From: Candidatus Latescibacterota bacterium
GTDB taxonomy: Bacteria > Krumholzibacteriota > Krumholzibacteriia > WVZY01
Assembly: GCA_011772205.1 (NCBI GenBank)
Contig: WVZY01000076.1
Location: forward strand, 5,092-69,091
Length of the DNA stretch: 64,000 nt
Direction: 5' to 3'
The notes under the pieces were generated by a model. It had not been told where the DNA came from, did not search any database, and was given only the letters and a program-made list of their open reading frames with translations. The position numbers were made by a program, and so were the translations under genes. Of the stretch, positions 37,438 to 47,745 are shown piece after piece (position 1 is the first letter of the stretch; every line of letters starts with the position of its first letter).

Positions 37438-38439
37438 ATGAAAAAAGCATGCCGCATCGCTCTTCGCATGATGACCATATTCTTGGCTGCCTTTGCATTC
37501 TTCGTTGGGCTTGCGTTCTCCCGGGATAGAGGGAGCAAAGATGTTAGGGGCGAACTGATAATCTTCCATGCTGGAAGCCTGTCCGTCCCGTTTCGTGAAG
37601 TGTCGAAGAAATTCAACGAAATATACCCCGACGTCTCGATAAAAGCCGAAGCCGCGGGAAGCCGCGACACGGCAAGAAAAGTGAGCGACCTCGGCAGGTA
37701 CTGCGACGTGTTGGGCAGCGCTGATTATGAGGTGATCGATAACCTTCTCATTCCTCAGCATGCAACCTTCAGTATCCGCTTTGCCGCCAACGAAATGGTG
37801 ATCGCTTATACCAAGCAATCCAGACAATGCGCTTTGATCAATGCAGAAAACTGGCCGGATGTTTTGCTGTCCGAGAATGTGGCCTTTGGGCGATCCGATC
37901 CAAACCGCGATCCGTGCGGGTATCGAACGGAAATGACCTTCCAGCTGGCCGAGAAGCATTACGAGATGCCTGGGCTCGCAAATAGATTAATTGAAAAAGG
38001 CGGAAGGAAGTACATCCGCCCCAAAGAAACGGATCTACTTGCCCTGCTGGAGGCGGGCGAAATCGATTATCTCTTTATTTACCGGTCCGTGGCAACGCAG
38101 CATGGCCTCGAGTTTATTTTGCTGCCCGATGCGGTGAACCTCAAGTTGTTCGAGCAGAAGGATTTATATGCAACGGCATCCGTCAGGGTGACGGGCCGGC
38201 AGCCAGGTGAGTTCATCGAGCGCAAGGGAGCGCCGATGGTGTATGGAGTGACCATTCCAATAAATTGCAGGCACCGGGAATTGGCCGAAGCGTGGGTGGC
38301 GTTACTCCTTTCGCCCACGGGCCAGAAAATCATGGAACGAAGTGGGCAACCCGTCATTGCACCAGCTCTCACTGCTCAGTACGATGAGCTGCCTGACGTC
38401 CTCAAACCGCTTTGCAAGCCAATGGGGGAGGCTCGATAG
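37438..38439 (+). CDS. wtpA: Tungstate/molybdate ABC transporter substrate-binding protein
   Basis: FHAGSL, SADY, SDPNRDPCGYR, IRPKE, YRSVA. Confidence 0.88.
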   Translation: MKKACRIALRMMTIFLAAFAFFVGLAFSRDRGSKDVRGELIIFHAGSLSVPFREVSKKFNEIYPDVSIKAEAAGSRDTARKVSDLGRYCDVLGSADYEVIDNLLIPQHATFSIRFAANEMVIAYTKQSRQCALINAENWPDVLLSENVAFGRSDPNRDPCGYRTEMTFQLAEKHYEMPGLANRLIEKGGRKYIRPKETDLLALLEAGEIDYLFIYRSVATQHGLEFILLPDAVNLKLFEQKDLYATASVRVTGRQPGEFIERKGAPMVYGVTIPINCRHRELAEAWVALLLSPTGQKIMERSGQPVIAPALTAQYDELPDVLKPLCKPMGEAR

Positions 38440-38525
38440 ATCTCGTTTATTTTCGCAAGGGGAGTGCGGCGGATGGCCCGCATCTTTGAATATCGGCTCG
38501 ACCTCAAAGATTGCAGGAGTGAGAT

Positions 38526-39323
38526 GTGTTTTTAGAAACCAGGCCAACGGTATTTCATCTGATATTGCTTCTGCTGGGTTCGCTGCTGCTCCTCTTCATC
38601 ATAGCACCGCTTGCGCGGCTCATGCTTGCTACGTCATCTTCCGAATTGTCCGGTGCATTCGGAGACGAAGAGCTCTGGTCATCGATCTGGCTGACGCTTC
38701 GGGCGGCCGGAATCGCCACGCTCATTGGCTCGATGTTCGGGATACCTCTGGCTTACCTGCTCGCACGGGCACGGTTTCCAGGCAGGGCCTTGGTGCTGGG
38801 CATTATCGATCTCCCGATCATGATTCCTCACTCCGCGGCGGGGATCGCATTGCTCGCTGTGATCGGACGCCATTCGCTTGCACAAAAAGTGTCAGGGCCT
38901 CTCGGAATTCAATTTGTCGGAGAGGAAGCGGGAATTGCGGTGGCAATGGCGTTCGTATCCGTGCCGTTTCTGGCGAACGCAGCGCGGGAAGGATTTGCAG
39001 CCGTGCCGGAACGTCTCGAGAAAGTGGCGAGGACACTCGGCGCCACTCCTTCACGGGTGTTTTTCACCATCTCGCTGCCGTTGGCGTGGCGGCCGATCCT
39101 ATCCGGAATGGTGCTGATGTGGGCGCGGGGCATTAGCGAGTTCGGCGCCGTGATCATTATCGCGTATCATCCGATGACCACGCCTGTTCTCGTGTTCCAG
39201 AGATTCAATGACTATGGGCTGACGTATGCACGCGTCGCTGCCGTGGTGCTCATACTCGTTTGTGTCGTGGGCTTCACGATACTGAGGTTTCTGACCCGAC
39301 CGGCACGGAGGGAAGCAAAATGA
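38526..39323 (+). CDS. wtpB: Tungstate/molybdate ABC permease
   Basis: DLPIMIPHS, ARTLGA, WARGISEFGA. Confidence 0.88.
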   Translation: MFLETRPTVFHLILLLLGSLLLLFIIAPLARLMLATSSSELSGAFGDEELWSSIWLTLRAAGIATLIGSMFGIPLAYLLARARFPGRALVLGIIDLPIMIPHSAAGIALLAVIGRHSLAQKVSGPLGIQFVGEEAGIAVAMAFVSVPFLANAAREGFAAVPERLEKVARTLGATPSRVFFTISLPLAWRPILSGMVLMWARGISEFGAVIIIAYHPMTTPVLVFQRFNDYGLTYARVAAVVLILVCVVGFTILRFLTRPARREAK

Positions 39324-40360
39324 CGCTCGTGCTGGAATCAATCCAAAAGCGGATGGGCTCTTTTACGCTTCCCAATCTGGATCTGGAGGTGAAGGAAGGC
39401 GAGTACCTCGTGCTGGTAGGCCCCTCCGGCGTCGGTAAAACCGTGCTGCTCGAGATCATTGCCGGCTTGTTGAATCCGGATTCAGGCAACATCTTCTGGC
39501 GCAATCGCAATGTCACGTCATGTGCGCCTGAGCGCCGCGGTTTCGGGATCATGTACCAAGACTACGCGCTGTTCCCTCATTTGACCGTTTTTCAAAACAT
39601 AGTGTATGGACTGAACTCGAGAGGGTTACCCAGAATCGATGTGAAGGAACGGGCGATCAGCGCCGCCGAAATGGTCAACATTGTCCCATTTCTGGAGCGC
39701 CTTCCGGATGAGCTGTCGGGTGGCGAAAAGCAGCGTGTAGCTCTAGCACGGGCACTCGTTGTTGCACCCGAACTCCTGCTGTTGGATGAGCCGCTTTCAG
39801 CGGTGGACATGCATCTCAGGCGGCGGCTGCAGAGGGAGCTAAAACGAATTCAAGAGCAAACAGGCACCACTTTCGTTCATGTAACGCACAATGTGGACGA
39901 AGCCCTAACGCTGGGTCATCGCATCGGTGTCATGCTCGATGGCCACCTGCGCCAAATCGGGCCGCCGGAGGAAATTTTTCGCAAACCGACGGATAGAGAA
40001 GTTGCCAGATTTCTCGGTATGCGCAATATCTTTGCAGTCCGAGTAGGTGGGCAAGGGTTCTGCGAAGCCAATGGAGTGAAGATTCATGTCGGAGAGCGGC
40101 CCGTTCCCTACCGGCACATATGGATCAGGCCGGAGGAGATCATCCTCTCCCGGGAGGCGTTCGAATCGAGCGCCAGGAACCAATTTCGTTGCGTTGTAGA
40201 AGATTGGGATTATCAGGACATACTCGTCAGGGTGGTGGTGGCGTTGGAAAACCTTAGGCTGAGTGTGATGATTACTTACAAGTCATTCGATAAACTTGGG
40301 ATCGACCGCGGCGTTGAGCTCATGGCAACGTTCAAGAGTTCGGCGGTGCATTGTTTTTAA
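39320..40360 (+). CDS. wtpC: Tungstate/molybdate ABC ATPase with TOBE domain
   Basis: GPSGVGKT, LSGGEKQR, LLLDEP, SARN...FKSSAV. Confidence 0.88.
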   Translation: MTLVLESIQKRMGSFTLPNLDLEVKEGEYLVLVGPSGVGKTVLLEIIAGLLNPDSGNIFWRNRNVTSCAPERRGFGIMYQDYALFPHLTVFQNIVYGLNSRGLPRIDVKERAISAAEMVNIVPFLERLPDELSGGEKQRVALARALVVAPELLLLDEPLSAVDMHLRRRLQRELKRIQEQTGTTFVHVTHNVDEALTLGHRIGVMLDGHLRQIGPPEEIFRKPTDREVARFLGMRNIFAVRVGGQGFCEANGVKIHVGERPVPYRHIWIRPEEIILSREAFESSARNQFRCVVEDWDYQDILVRVVVALENLRLSVMITYKSFDKLGIDRGVELMATFKSSAVHCF

Positions 40361-40384
40361 TGTCTTTGTTGAAGGAAGGGCGTC

Positions 40385-41182
40385 ATGGGATCGGACACAC
40401 CACTGGGTACCTCGGTGGAATATGAAGTTATCAAGTATAAAAGTGGAAGCGCGGAGCCTGCTAAGGTGCAGGTGGCTACGGAAGTCCCTTTTACGATAAT
40501 GGTTAACGAGACGGAAGTCGTGACGTTGATGTGCACGCCGGAGAATTTGGAGGAGTTGTGCTATGGGTTTCTTTTTACGAGCGGCATTATAGAGAGCAGG
40601 GATGATGTCGTCTCTTATCTCTGCGATGAATCGAGGTGGATGGCACAAGTAACCATAGAAGAGATGCCCGATCTCTCCATGCTCAGCAAGCGCCTGTACA
40701 CATCGGGTTGTGGGAAAGGTGTGATGTATTCTTCCTTGGTGGAAATCACGTCACGCCATCCGTTGAAAACTGCTTTCAAGGTCGACAAGGATGCTCTCAT
40801 CGAGCTGATGCGATGGCTGCAGAAGTCCTCGGACTTGTTCAAGAAAAGCGGGGGCGTTCACTCGGCCGCGCTGAGCGAAAACGGGAAAACTCCAAAAATT
40901 GCCATAGACGACGTCGGGCGGCACAATGCGGTGGATAAGGCGATCGGCGATGGGTTGATCCGTGGCGTCGATTTTTCCCAGTGCGTGCTCGTATGTTCCG
41001 GACGAACATCGGCGGATATGCTTCACAAGGCGAGGAGGAGCGGTATTCCTGTTACGATTTCCCGTGGAGCCCCTACGCATCAAACGATCCTTCTGGCAAG
41101 GGAAATGGGTGTGACGGTAGTAGGATTTGCGCGGGGCGGGGGATTCACCATTTATACGCACCCGGGGCGGATCGTATTCTGA
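40385..41182 (+). CDS. fdhD: Formate dehydrogenase accessory sulfurtransferase
   Basis: MCTP, SGCG, GGVHSAA, DVGRHNAVDKAIG, GFARG. Confidence 0.92.
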   Translation: MGSDTPLGTSVEYEVIKYKSGSAEPAKVQVATEVPFTIMVNETEVVTLMCTPENLEELCYGFLFTSGIIESRDDVVSYLCDESRWMAQVTIEEMPDLSMLSKRLYTSGCGKGVMYSSLVEITSRHPLKTAFKVDKDALIELMRWLQKSSDLFKKSGGVHSAALSENGKTPKIAIDDVGRHNAVDKAIGDGLIRGVDFSQCVLVCSGRTSADMLHKARRSGIPVTISRGAPTHQTILLAREMGVTVVGFARGGGFTIYTHPGRIVF

Positions 41183-41314
41183 TCCGTTATTGTACTATTG
41201 AACCGGCGGTTTTATGCGGTTATTATTAGCTTTGACCCTTCATTCTTCCCCACGCGCTCTTTTTTAAATGACGGATCGAGCTCAAAAGTGGTTATGGGAC
41301 GAGGAGGTCGCAAT

Positions 41315-41971
41315 TTGCCAAGGATGAGTCAAACGAGCTTGATGGGCGCTGCCATGGTCTTGGTCGTGCTTGTGCTCGTATTTCCTCAAGTGGTGTCTGC
41401 GGATTCATTCCTATCCAGGATACGGCCTTTCGTAGAAACGGGCGCCCAGGGTGGAGGCGCAATCGGTGTGGAAGGTCCGACGTTCTCTCATTTCAAAGCC
41501 GTCAGCGAAATCGGTGTCATGTTCGACAAATACCGGGATGGGGTAGCCCCGAAAAGCGCTTTCGGTTTCGCATTTTACGCAGGAATGGGCAAAGAGGATT
41601 TTCGTATCGGCTTCAAACCCCGCGTTCGGTATCGATTCAACCGTGACTGGGCGGTGGATGTCTCGGCAGGTGCCTTGTTCGCGAGCTTGGAGGGGGATCC
41701 CTACGTCTCCGACATTGGATTCGTTGGTGGTGTTTCGCTGAACTACAGCAGCTGGCTGACATTGAAAACCGATGTCAATGTAGTAAAAGTTGAAGATAGA
41801 CCTATGCTCGAAGGCGGCAAACAAGTTGGCATTGTCGACGGCGGTCAGGAAATATCACTCTATGGCGGCGTTTCCTTGCGCAACAAGGCCGGCTGGATTG
41901 CTACTTTCGCCGGCACATTGACTTTTATCGGGGTCTCTATCGTGCTCATCGCGGGTGGATCCACGTCTTGA
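41315..41971 (+). CDS. Hypothetical exported beta-rich membrane protein
   Basis: Signal peptide, alternating beta-strands, hydrophobic C-terminus; GGAGG RBS. Confidence 0.5.
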   Translation: MPRMSQTSLMGAAMVLVVLVLVFPQVVSADSFLSRIRPFVETGAQGGGAIGVEGPTFSHFKAVSEIGVMFDKYRDGVAPKSAFGFAFYAGMGKEDFRIGFKPRVRYRFNRDWAVDVSAGALFASLEGDPYVSDIGFVGGVSLNYSSWLTLKTDVNVVKVEDRPMLEGGKQVGIVDGGQEISLYGGVSLRNKAGWIATFAGTLTFIGVSIVLIAGGSTS

Positions 41972-42040
41972 AACCTCCTCTCCCAATTCGAGAATAATTG
42001 AGAGTTGATCAAGAAATCGGAACGTTCCCCGAGGTAACGT

Positions 42041-43144
42041 GTGAGAAAGATCAATGTGAGCAATGAAAGCGTTGCGGCTGTGCTCAAAGGGCTCGGACGG
42101 CTCATTGGTAACTGCCCGCTTCTCGCGATTAATTTCACGTTTGAAGGTGAAAAGCGAACGATTTTCGCCAAGTCCGAGCAGTTGAACATGACGGGAAGCA
42201 TCAAGGATCGGATGGCGCTCCACATTTTGGAAGATGCCTACGAAAAGGAGCTTATAAAACCGGGCGATACCATTGTAGAGGCAACCAGTGGCAACACGGG
42301 GATTTCTTTTGCCGCTATCGGTCGGGCGCTTGGCCACCCCGTGACTATTTTCATGCCCGATTGGATGAGCAGGGAAAGGGTGGACCTAATTCAGAGTCTG
42401 GGCGCCGCGATCGTACCCGTGACACGTGAAAATGGCGGTTTTCTTGGCAGCATCCGGATGGCGGAGAAGCTGGCAGCAAAGGGAAAAAACATTTTCTTGC
42501 CAAGCCAGTTCTCGAACGAGGCGAACATAAGAGCGCACGAGCTGACGACCGGCCCGGAAATCTGGTGGCAGCTTCAGTTCAGTTCTCTCACTCCCGACGC
42601 CTTCGTGGCCGGAGTGGGGACGGGTGGGACAGTTATGGGCGTGGGACGCTACCTTCGATCGAGGAATCCGAGCGCGAAAATACACCCACTCGAACCGGCG
42701 GAATCTCCCACACTATCCACTGGGCGCAAGATCGGCCAACACAGGATTCAAGGTATTTCGGACGAATTTATCCCTGCCATAGTGGATCTCGAAGAGTTGG
42801 ACGAGGTAGTGAGTGTTTCTGACGGCGATTCGATTTTGATGGCCAAGGAGCTCGCTTCGAAGCTCGGAATCGGCGTGGGAATTTCATCAGGAGCGAATTT
42901 CCTCGGCGCGCTGAAAATTCAAAATGAACTCGGGCCGAAAGCGATCGTCGTCACGGTATTTCCGGACGACAATAAAAAATATCTCAGCACGAATCTTCTC
43001 CAAGGGGAACCGGCAAAGGATGATTACCTGACGCCGCACGTAGAACTGCTCGATTTCCGCGCCTGCAAACGAGTGTGTCACACCTGCTGCGACATGTACG
43101 AATGCACGCAGCGCTTTCCCGTCGAGAAGTTCGAAGAAAGCTGA
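42041..43144 (+). CDS. PLP-dependent cysteine synthase family protein with Cys-rich tail
   Basis: [34 protein letters not shown]; tail [14 protein letters not shown]. Confidence 0.88.
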   Translation: MRKINVSNESVAAVLKGLGRLIGNCPLLAINFTFEGEKRTIFAKSEQLNMTGSIKDRMALHILEDAYEKELIKPGDTIVEATSGNTGISFAAIGRALGHPVTIFMPDWMSRERVDLIQSLGAAIVPVTRENGGFLGSIRMAEKLAAKGKNIFLPSQFSNEANIRAHELTTGPEIWWQLQFSSLTPDAFVAGVGTGGTVMGVGRYLRSRNPSAKIHPLEPAESPTLSTGRKIGQHRIQGISDEFIPAIVDLEELDEVVSVSDGDSILMAKELASKLGIGVGISSGANFLGALKIQNELGPKAIVVTVFPDDNKKYLSTNLLQGEPAKDDYLTPHVELLDFRACKRVCHTCCDMYECTQRFPVEKFEES

Positions 43145-43221
43145 TGTCGGCAATCCAATCACTTGATACGCACCTACCTTCGCTCCCCGGGCGAATTCCT
43201 CTAGTCATCATTTCATGAGGA

Positions 43222-43563
43222 TTGGAAGTGAGTGAAAGCAACACGAAATCTCTTTTCCATGATCGACCTGTCGTCATAGGGTTTCTTGCCCTTATTCCTC
43301 CATCTTTTATACTATTGCTGCATCTCCTGTGGTGGGCCGTGAGTCCCAAGCTCTTCGACATCCTCACCAAGCCGCTAAGGCCCATCGAAGATACGTTCCT
43401 CGAAGTGGTGATCGTCGTGGGCAGCGCCCTCGTCTGTCCTCTTCTGGCTGTGATATGCGGGGCCGTTCTGATCAGCAAAGGACGCAACCGATCGGTGGGC
43501 TATCTTCTCGTCCTCGGTGGGTGTTTCTTCATTCTGGCGCTCATGGCTTCGCGCCCGTCGTGA
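43222..43563 (+). CDS. Hypothetical 3-TM membrane protein
   Basis: Three hydrophobic helices. Confidence 0.55.
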   Translation: MEVSESNTKSLFHDRPVVIGFLALIPPSFILLLHLLWWAVSPKLFDILTKPLRPIEDTFLEVVIVVGSALVCPLLAVICGAVLISKGRNRSVGYLLVLGGCFFILALMASRPS

Positions 43564-43830
43564 GCCGTCAGGAGCGCATGTGCCAGTAAGTCTTGGTGCA
43601 GCAAAAATAATAGCGAGGCAGCCTTGATTGCCCCGGGGCCGTTTCCGAGAACCTGATAAAAGCCCACTCCGGACACGCCGGCGGGAGCATCCAATTGAAA
43701 AGATCGCGATACTCACACGGTGCGATCCTTGGGCGCTGGGATACTGGTCGCGGAAGTCTATATTCGGTAGCAATTCTTTGAATGGCGGACCCTGGATTTT
43801 TTGTTATAATGCACAGCAGGAGGAAATGTC

Positions 43831-44289
43831 ATGTCCAGGATTGGTATCGGTCTGCTGCTCATGGTCGTGATGTTGGGAACCGCGAATGTCGCTCGATCCC
43901 AAAATTCAACAGGGGTGGTAGTCGAGCTGGGTGTCGGCGAGTCCAAGCTAGTCGGGGAAGAAGATCTCGAAGTGGGTTTCGTCGAGATCCTGCGCGATAA
44001 CCGCTGTCCCGCTGATGTCATTTGTATTTGGGAGGGGGACGCAGTTGCACAGATTTGGGCGATCCAACCCAGCCATGAAAAGAAGGACGCTGAGCTGCAT
44101 ACGCATTACGACTTCCCGCGCGAATTCACGTTTGGACGCTACCGAATCGGGCTTCTCAAGGTAGATCGATATCCTGGAATCGACACGCCGATCGACCCGA
44201 ACGATTACGTGGTTGCCATCCTTGTTACAATGGATTTGACGCCCGTCGAAACCATGACCTGGAGCAGGATCAAAGCGCTTTACCGTTAA
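43831..44289 (+). CDS. Exported protein with C-terminal TWxxIKALY tail
   Basis: GGAGG RBS, signal peptide, DNRCPADVICIWEG, ends VETMTWSRIKALYR. Confidence 0.75.
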   Translation: MSRIGIGLLLMVVMLGTANVARSQNSTGVVVELGVGESKLVGEEDLEVGFVEILRDNRCPADVICIWEGDAVAQIWAIQPSHEKKDAELHTHYDFPREFTFGRYRIGLLKVDRYPGIDTPIDPNDYVVAILVTMDLTPVETMTWSRIKALYR

Positions 44290-44358
44290 ATTGTAGAGGA
44301 ATCTGCTCCAAGGCCGCATCAGAGCCGCATCGAAGCCGTCTTTGTAGTTGGATTTTCG

Positions 44359-44386
44359 AACAGGGAGCGACTTCGCTCCCTGTTTG
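44359..44386 (+). terminator. Intrinsic terminator
   Basis: AACAGGGAGCG-ACTT-CGCTCCCTGTT perfect 11-bp hairpin. Confidence 0.75.
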
Positions 44387-44552
44387 TGTGCTGATCACCG
44401 GACAGATGAAATGGTGCGGCTTCATGAAGTGCCGTGAAACGGAGCTATCTTGGAGCAGGCTAATCCACCCTCGACCATCTTAAACGTCTGTTACAGTCTT
44501 GTTGCGGACCGGCGGCAAATCGTCTAAAATGACCGGAAGATTTTTCGCGAGT

Positions 44553-45389
44553 ATGAAACAACCTATGACATGTACGCTCAAGCAGATCCCTCTTTTTGCA
44601 TTGGCAATCATTGCGGTTGCCGCACTCGGCCTTTTCTCAGCTTCTTGTTCTGATAACGGGTCCAAACCCAAATCCAACAATGGCGGTGTTATTCATGGCG
44701 TGCCAACGGTCCTCAGGATGATCCCACATGATACAAATGCTTACACCCAGGGGCTTCTTTATGCGGACTCGCTTCTCTATGAGAGCACGGGCAAGCAGAT
44801 GAATCAGTCGAGACTTCGCAGAATCGATCCCTACCCGCCTGAGGAAGGAAAGGTTCTCGACACGGTCATCGCCCCCGGCTATCTCACCTTCGCCGAGGGG
44901 CTGGCGCTAAAAGACAGCCAGTTCGTGCAGCTTACATGGGTGCAGAAAATAGCGTTCGTCTACACGTATCCTGGGATGGAAGTAATAGATACCCTCACCT
45001 ATGGCGGCCAGGGCTGGGGCCTTACCAACGATGCCACGCGCTTTATTATGAGCAATGGCAGCGACACGTTGTATTTCCGGGACGATAGCTTCGATATCAT
45101 TCGAAAGGTGAACGTCACCCTGGAGGGTGAAGCGGTTTCTATGCTGAACGAACTGGAGTACGTGAACGGCAAGGTGTGGGCAAACAAATATGGCGATGAT
45201 TCGATCTACGAAATAAATCCTCAAACGGGAGACGTGACCAAAGTCATCGACTGCTCCGAACTGGTTGCACTCTCGGCGCCTCATGCGGGCGATGAAGTGC
45301 TGAACGGCATCGCATACAACTCCGACGCGACCACGTATTTTCTTACGGGGAAAAACTGGAGATATATATTCGAGGTGACGATCCCTTAG
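44553..45389 (+). CDS. Glutaminyl-peptide cyclotransferase (plant/bacterial type), lipoprotein
   Basis: Lipobox SASC; YTQGL, ESTG, FAEG, QLTW, GWGL, LNELE, VLNGIAY, TGKNW. Confidence 0.9.
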   Translation: MKQPMTCTLKQIPLFALAIIAVAALGLFSASCSDNGSKPKSNNGGVIHGVPTVLRMIPHDTNAYTQGLLYADSLLYESTGKQMNQSRLRRIDPYPPEEGKVLDTVIAPGYLTFAEGLALKDSQFVQLTWVQKIAFVYTYPGMEVIDTLTYGGQGWGLTNDATRFIMSNGSDTLYFRDDSFDIIRKVNVTLEGEAVSMLNELEYVNGKVWANKYGDDSIYEINPQTGDVTKVIDCSELVALSAPHAGDEVLNGIAYNSDATTYFLTGKNWRYIFEVTIP

Positions 45390-45406
45390 AGCAGCTTTAC
45401 CGCTCC

Positions 45407-46492
45407 TCAACAATCTTTGCCAGATTCTGCATCCTTTTCCAGATGCAAGCGGATTTCCTTCTCCAGCTCGTCGACGAGATCCTTCTCGCGCACCTTGCGC
45501 AGGATCTTTCCTTTGGCAAAAATGAGCCCCTCACCGTCACCGCCTGCGATGCCGAAGTCCGCCTCCCGAGCCTCTCCCGGACCGTTTACCGCGCAGCCCA
45601 TCACGGCGATGCTGATGGGGATTTTGAGATCGGAGGTTCGCCGCTCTACCTCTTCGGCGAGCGAGAAGAGGTCCAAGCAATTCCTGGCGCACGTGGGGCA
45701 CGAGATCACTCGAGGCATCGACGATTGGATCTCGAGCGCGGCGAGAATCCGCTTGGCGACCTTTACTTCTTCTTCAACATTGGCGGTGAGCGAAACGCGC
45801 ATCGTATCACCGATCCCTTCGCTCAACAGGATACCCAATCCGACTGAAGAGTAGATAACGCCGCTTTGTTCCGGACCTGCCTCGGAAATGCCGATGTGGA
45901 GCGGATAGTCGCACGCCTTTACGACCAATCGATAAGCGCTGACGGTGAGCGGGACTGCAGAAGATTTGAGAGAAAGAACGATATCCGTGAAATCGAGCGC
46001 TTCCAGTATCGCGACGTGCCGCATGGCGCTCTCGACAAGAGCTTCAGGTGTGGGGAATCCGTGCTTTTCGAGGAGATCCTTCTCGAGTGATCCAGCGTTG
46101 ACGCCGATCCGGATGGGGACATTGCGCTCTTTCGCTTTTGCAACGACCTTTTCGACGCGTTCGCGGGCGCCTATGTTGCCGGGATTGATCCGGAGTTTGG
46201 CAATTCCCGTATCGAGCGCTGCCAGTGCGATCCGGTAGTCGAAGTGAATGTCGGCGACGATCGGGATGTTTGCCTGGGAAATGATTTTTTCGACAGCACG
46301 GGCGCTGTCCATATCGGGGACGCTCACGCGGACGATGTCGCACCCGACATCCTCCAGCCGCTTGATTTCATCGCGCGTCGCGGAAATGTTCGTCGTGGGC
46401 GTGGTCGTCATCGACTGGATGGAGATCGGCGCGCAGCCCCCGATGGGGACGTTTCCGACCATGACTCGTCTTCGTTTCGATCGGTCGATCAT
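45407..46492 (-). CDS. ispG: HMBPP synthase
   Basis: IQSMT, ADIHFD, RINPGN, GIGDTMRVSL, SCPTCAR, MGCAVNGPGE. Confidence 0.96.
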   Translation of the reverse strand: MIDRSKRRRVMVGNVPIGGCAPISIQSMTTTPTTNISATRDEIKRLEDVGCDIVRVSVPDMDSARAVEKIISQANIPIVADIHFDYRIALAALDTGIAKLRINPGNIGARERVEKVVAKAKERNVPIRIGVNAGSLEKDLLEKHGFPTPEALVESAMRHVAILEALDFTDIVLSLKSSAVPLTVSAYRLVVKACDYPLHIGISEAGPEQSGVIYSSVGLGILLSEGIGDTMRVSLTANVEEEVKVAKRILAALEIQSSMPRVISCPTCARNCLDLFSLAEEVERRTSDLKIPISIAVMGCAVNGPGEAREADFGIAGGDGEGLIFAKGKILRKVREKDLVDELEKEIRLHLEKDAESGKDC

Positions 46493-46631
46493 AGGACTAT
46501 CGGTCTTGTTGTGCGGTGGTCGATGCGACGAGAACTCCTCGCATGATCCATAACATACTAACATACAAATAGCTTACGCGCAATCGAACCCGGCATCAGA
46601 ATTGGCCCACTGGTATTGACACCATCCGGCG

Positions 46632-47459
46632 TCATCCAAGGCGCCTCCGGATATCGAGCAGATACTCGAGCGCTGCAAGTGTCCGCGACCCAAACCATGT
46701 CAGATGACTACCCATTAATAGCAGTATCATAGCGGAAACGCCCCGCTCGTTGACAAAATCCTCCACGAAGCTTTTGTCGCCTTCATCGAATTCGTAGGGT
46801 TCATTGGGCAAGAGGATCACATCCGGACGACGCTCGGCGAGCTCCTCGAGCGAAGTCACCGGGTAACGATCCTTCCTGCTGCCGTACACGTTCTCAAACC
46901 CGAGGGCTTTCAATAAATCGCTCGCGTATGTATTCGGCCCCACAGCCATCCAGGGATCCCGCCAGATCATGCATGCGGTCCGAAGCGGCTTCGAAACGGT
47001 CACATCCTGCGCAATCGAGCGCATCATCCCCTCGCATTCCTCTGTGAATTTCGCCGCCTCATCCTCGGCGTTGAGGAGCGTCCCGAGATCCCGCACGGTC
47101 TTCAATGACTCTCGAACTGTCGTGGGATAGGTCACAAATACGGGAACCTGTTTCTCCAGCGCCTCCACGTCTCTCTTCCGGTTTTCTTCCTTATTGGCGA
47201 GCACGACGTCCGGCTCGAGTGAGAGGATATCCGGAACGTCCGGATTCTTCGTGCCTCCGACGCGCGGGATGTCTGCGAGGGCATCTTCGGGATGCACGCA
47301 ATAATCCGTGATCCCAACGAGCCGCTGGTCGGCGCCGAGAAGCACCACCGTCTCGGTAATGCTGGGCACGAGCGAAACAATTCGCCCGGGTGGCGACTGA
47401 AAGACATGCCTCCGTCGGAGATCGTCCTCGATCACGATTCTGTTTGGGTGGCCCGACAT
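46632..47459 (-). CDS. Helical-backbone metal receptor (BtuF-like), no signal peptide
   Basis: RIVSLVPSITE, VGGTKNPD, ANKEEN, PNEPYEF. Confidence 0.8.
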   Translation of the reverse strand: MSGHPNRIVIEDDLRRRHVFQSPPGRIVSLVPSITETVVLLGADQRLVGITDYCVHPEDALADIPRVGGTKNPDVPDILSLEPDVVLANKEENRKRDVEALEKQVPVFVTYPTTVRESLKTVRDLGTLLNAEDEAAKFTEECEGMMRSIAQDVTVSKPLRTACMIWRDPWMAVGPNTYASDLLKALGFENVYGSRKDRYPVTSLEELAERRPDVILLPNEPYEFDEGDKSFVEDFVNERGVSAMILLLMGSHLTWFGSRTLAALEYLLDIRRRLG

Positions 47460-47554
47460 GAGCATCCTCGGACGGTGCGGCCAGCCCGGGCACCGCATAT
47501 CTACGGTGAAGAATAGCACCTTACGACTTTTGGTTTTCAGCTTCTGAAGCCTTC

Positions 47555-47583
47555 GCTATGTTATATATGGCTATGTTATATAT
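47555..47583. repeat. 14-bp direct repeat in a divergent promoter region
   Basis: GCTATGTTATATAT at 47555-47568 and 47570-47583; the second copy overlaps TATAAT. Confidence 0.7.
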
Positions 47584-47745
47584 AATAGAAGGAGCGCCGT
47601 GTGTAACGAGCGAATTACGCTATGCAACGCCGGCTCTCGGTAGCGAGGTGCGGCGGGCGATTGGAGCAGGCGCCGTCCCATCGCAGCTCGATACCCCCTT
47701 ACTCGATCTCCCCCTAGGGGATCTACCGAATCTATGTGAACCAAA

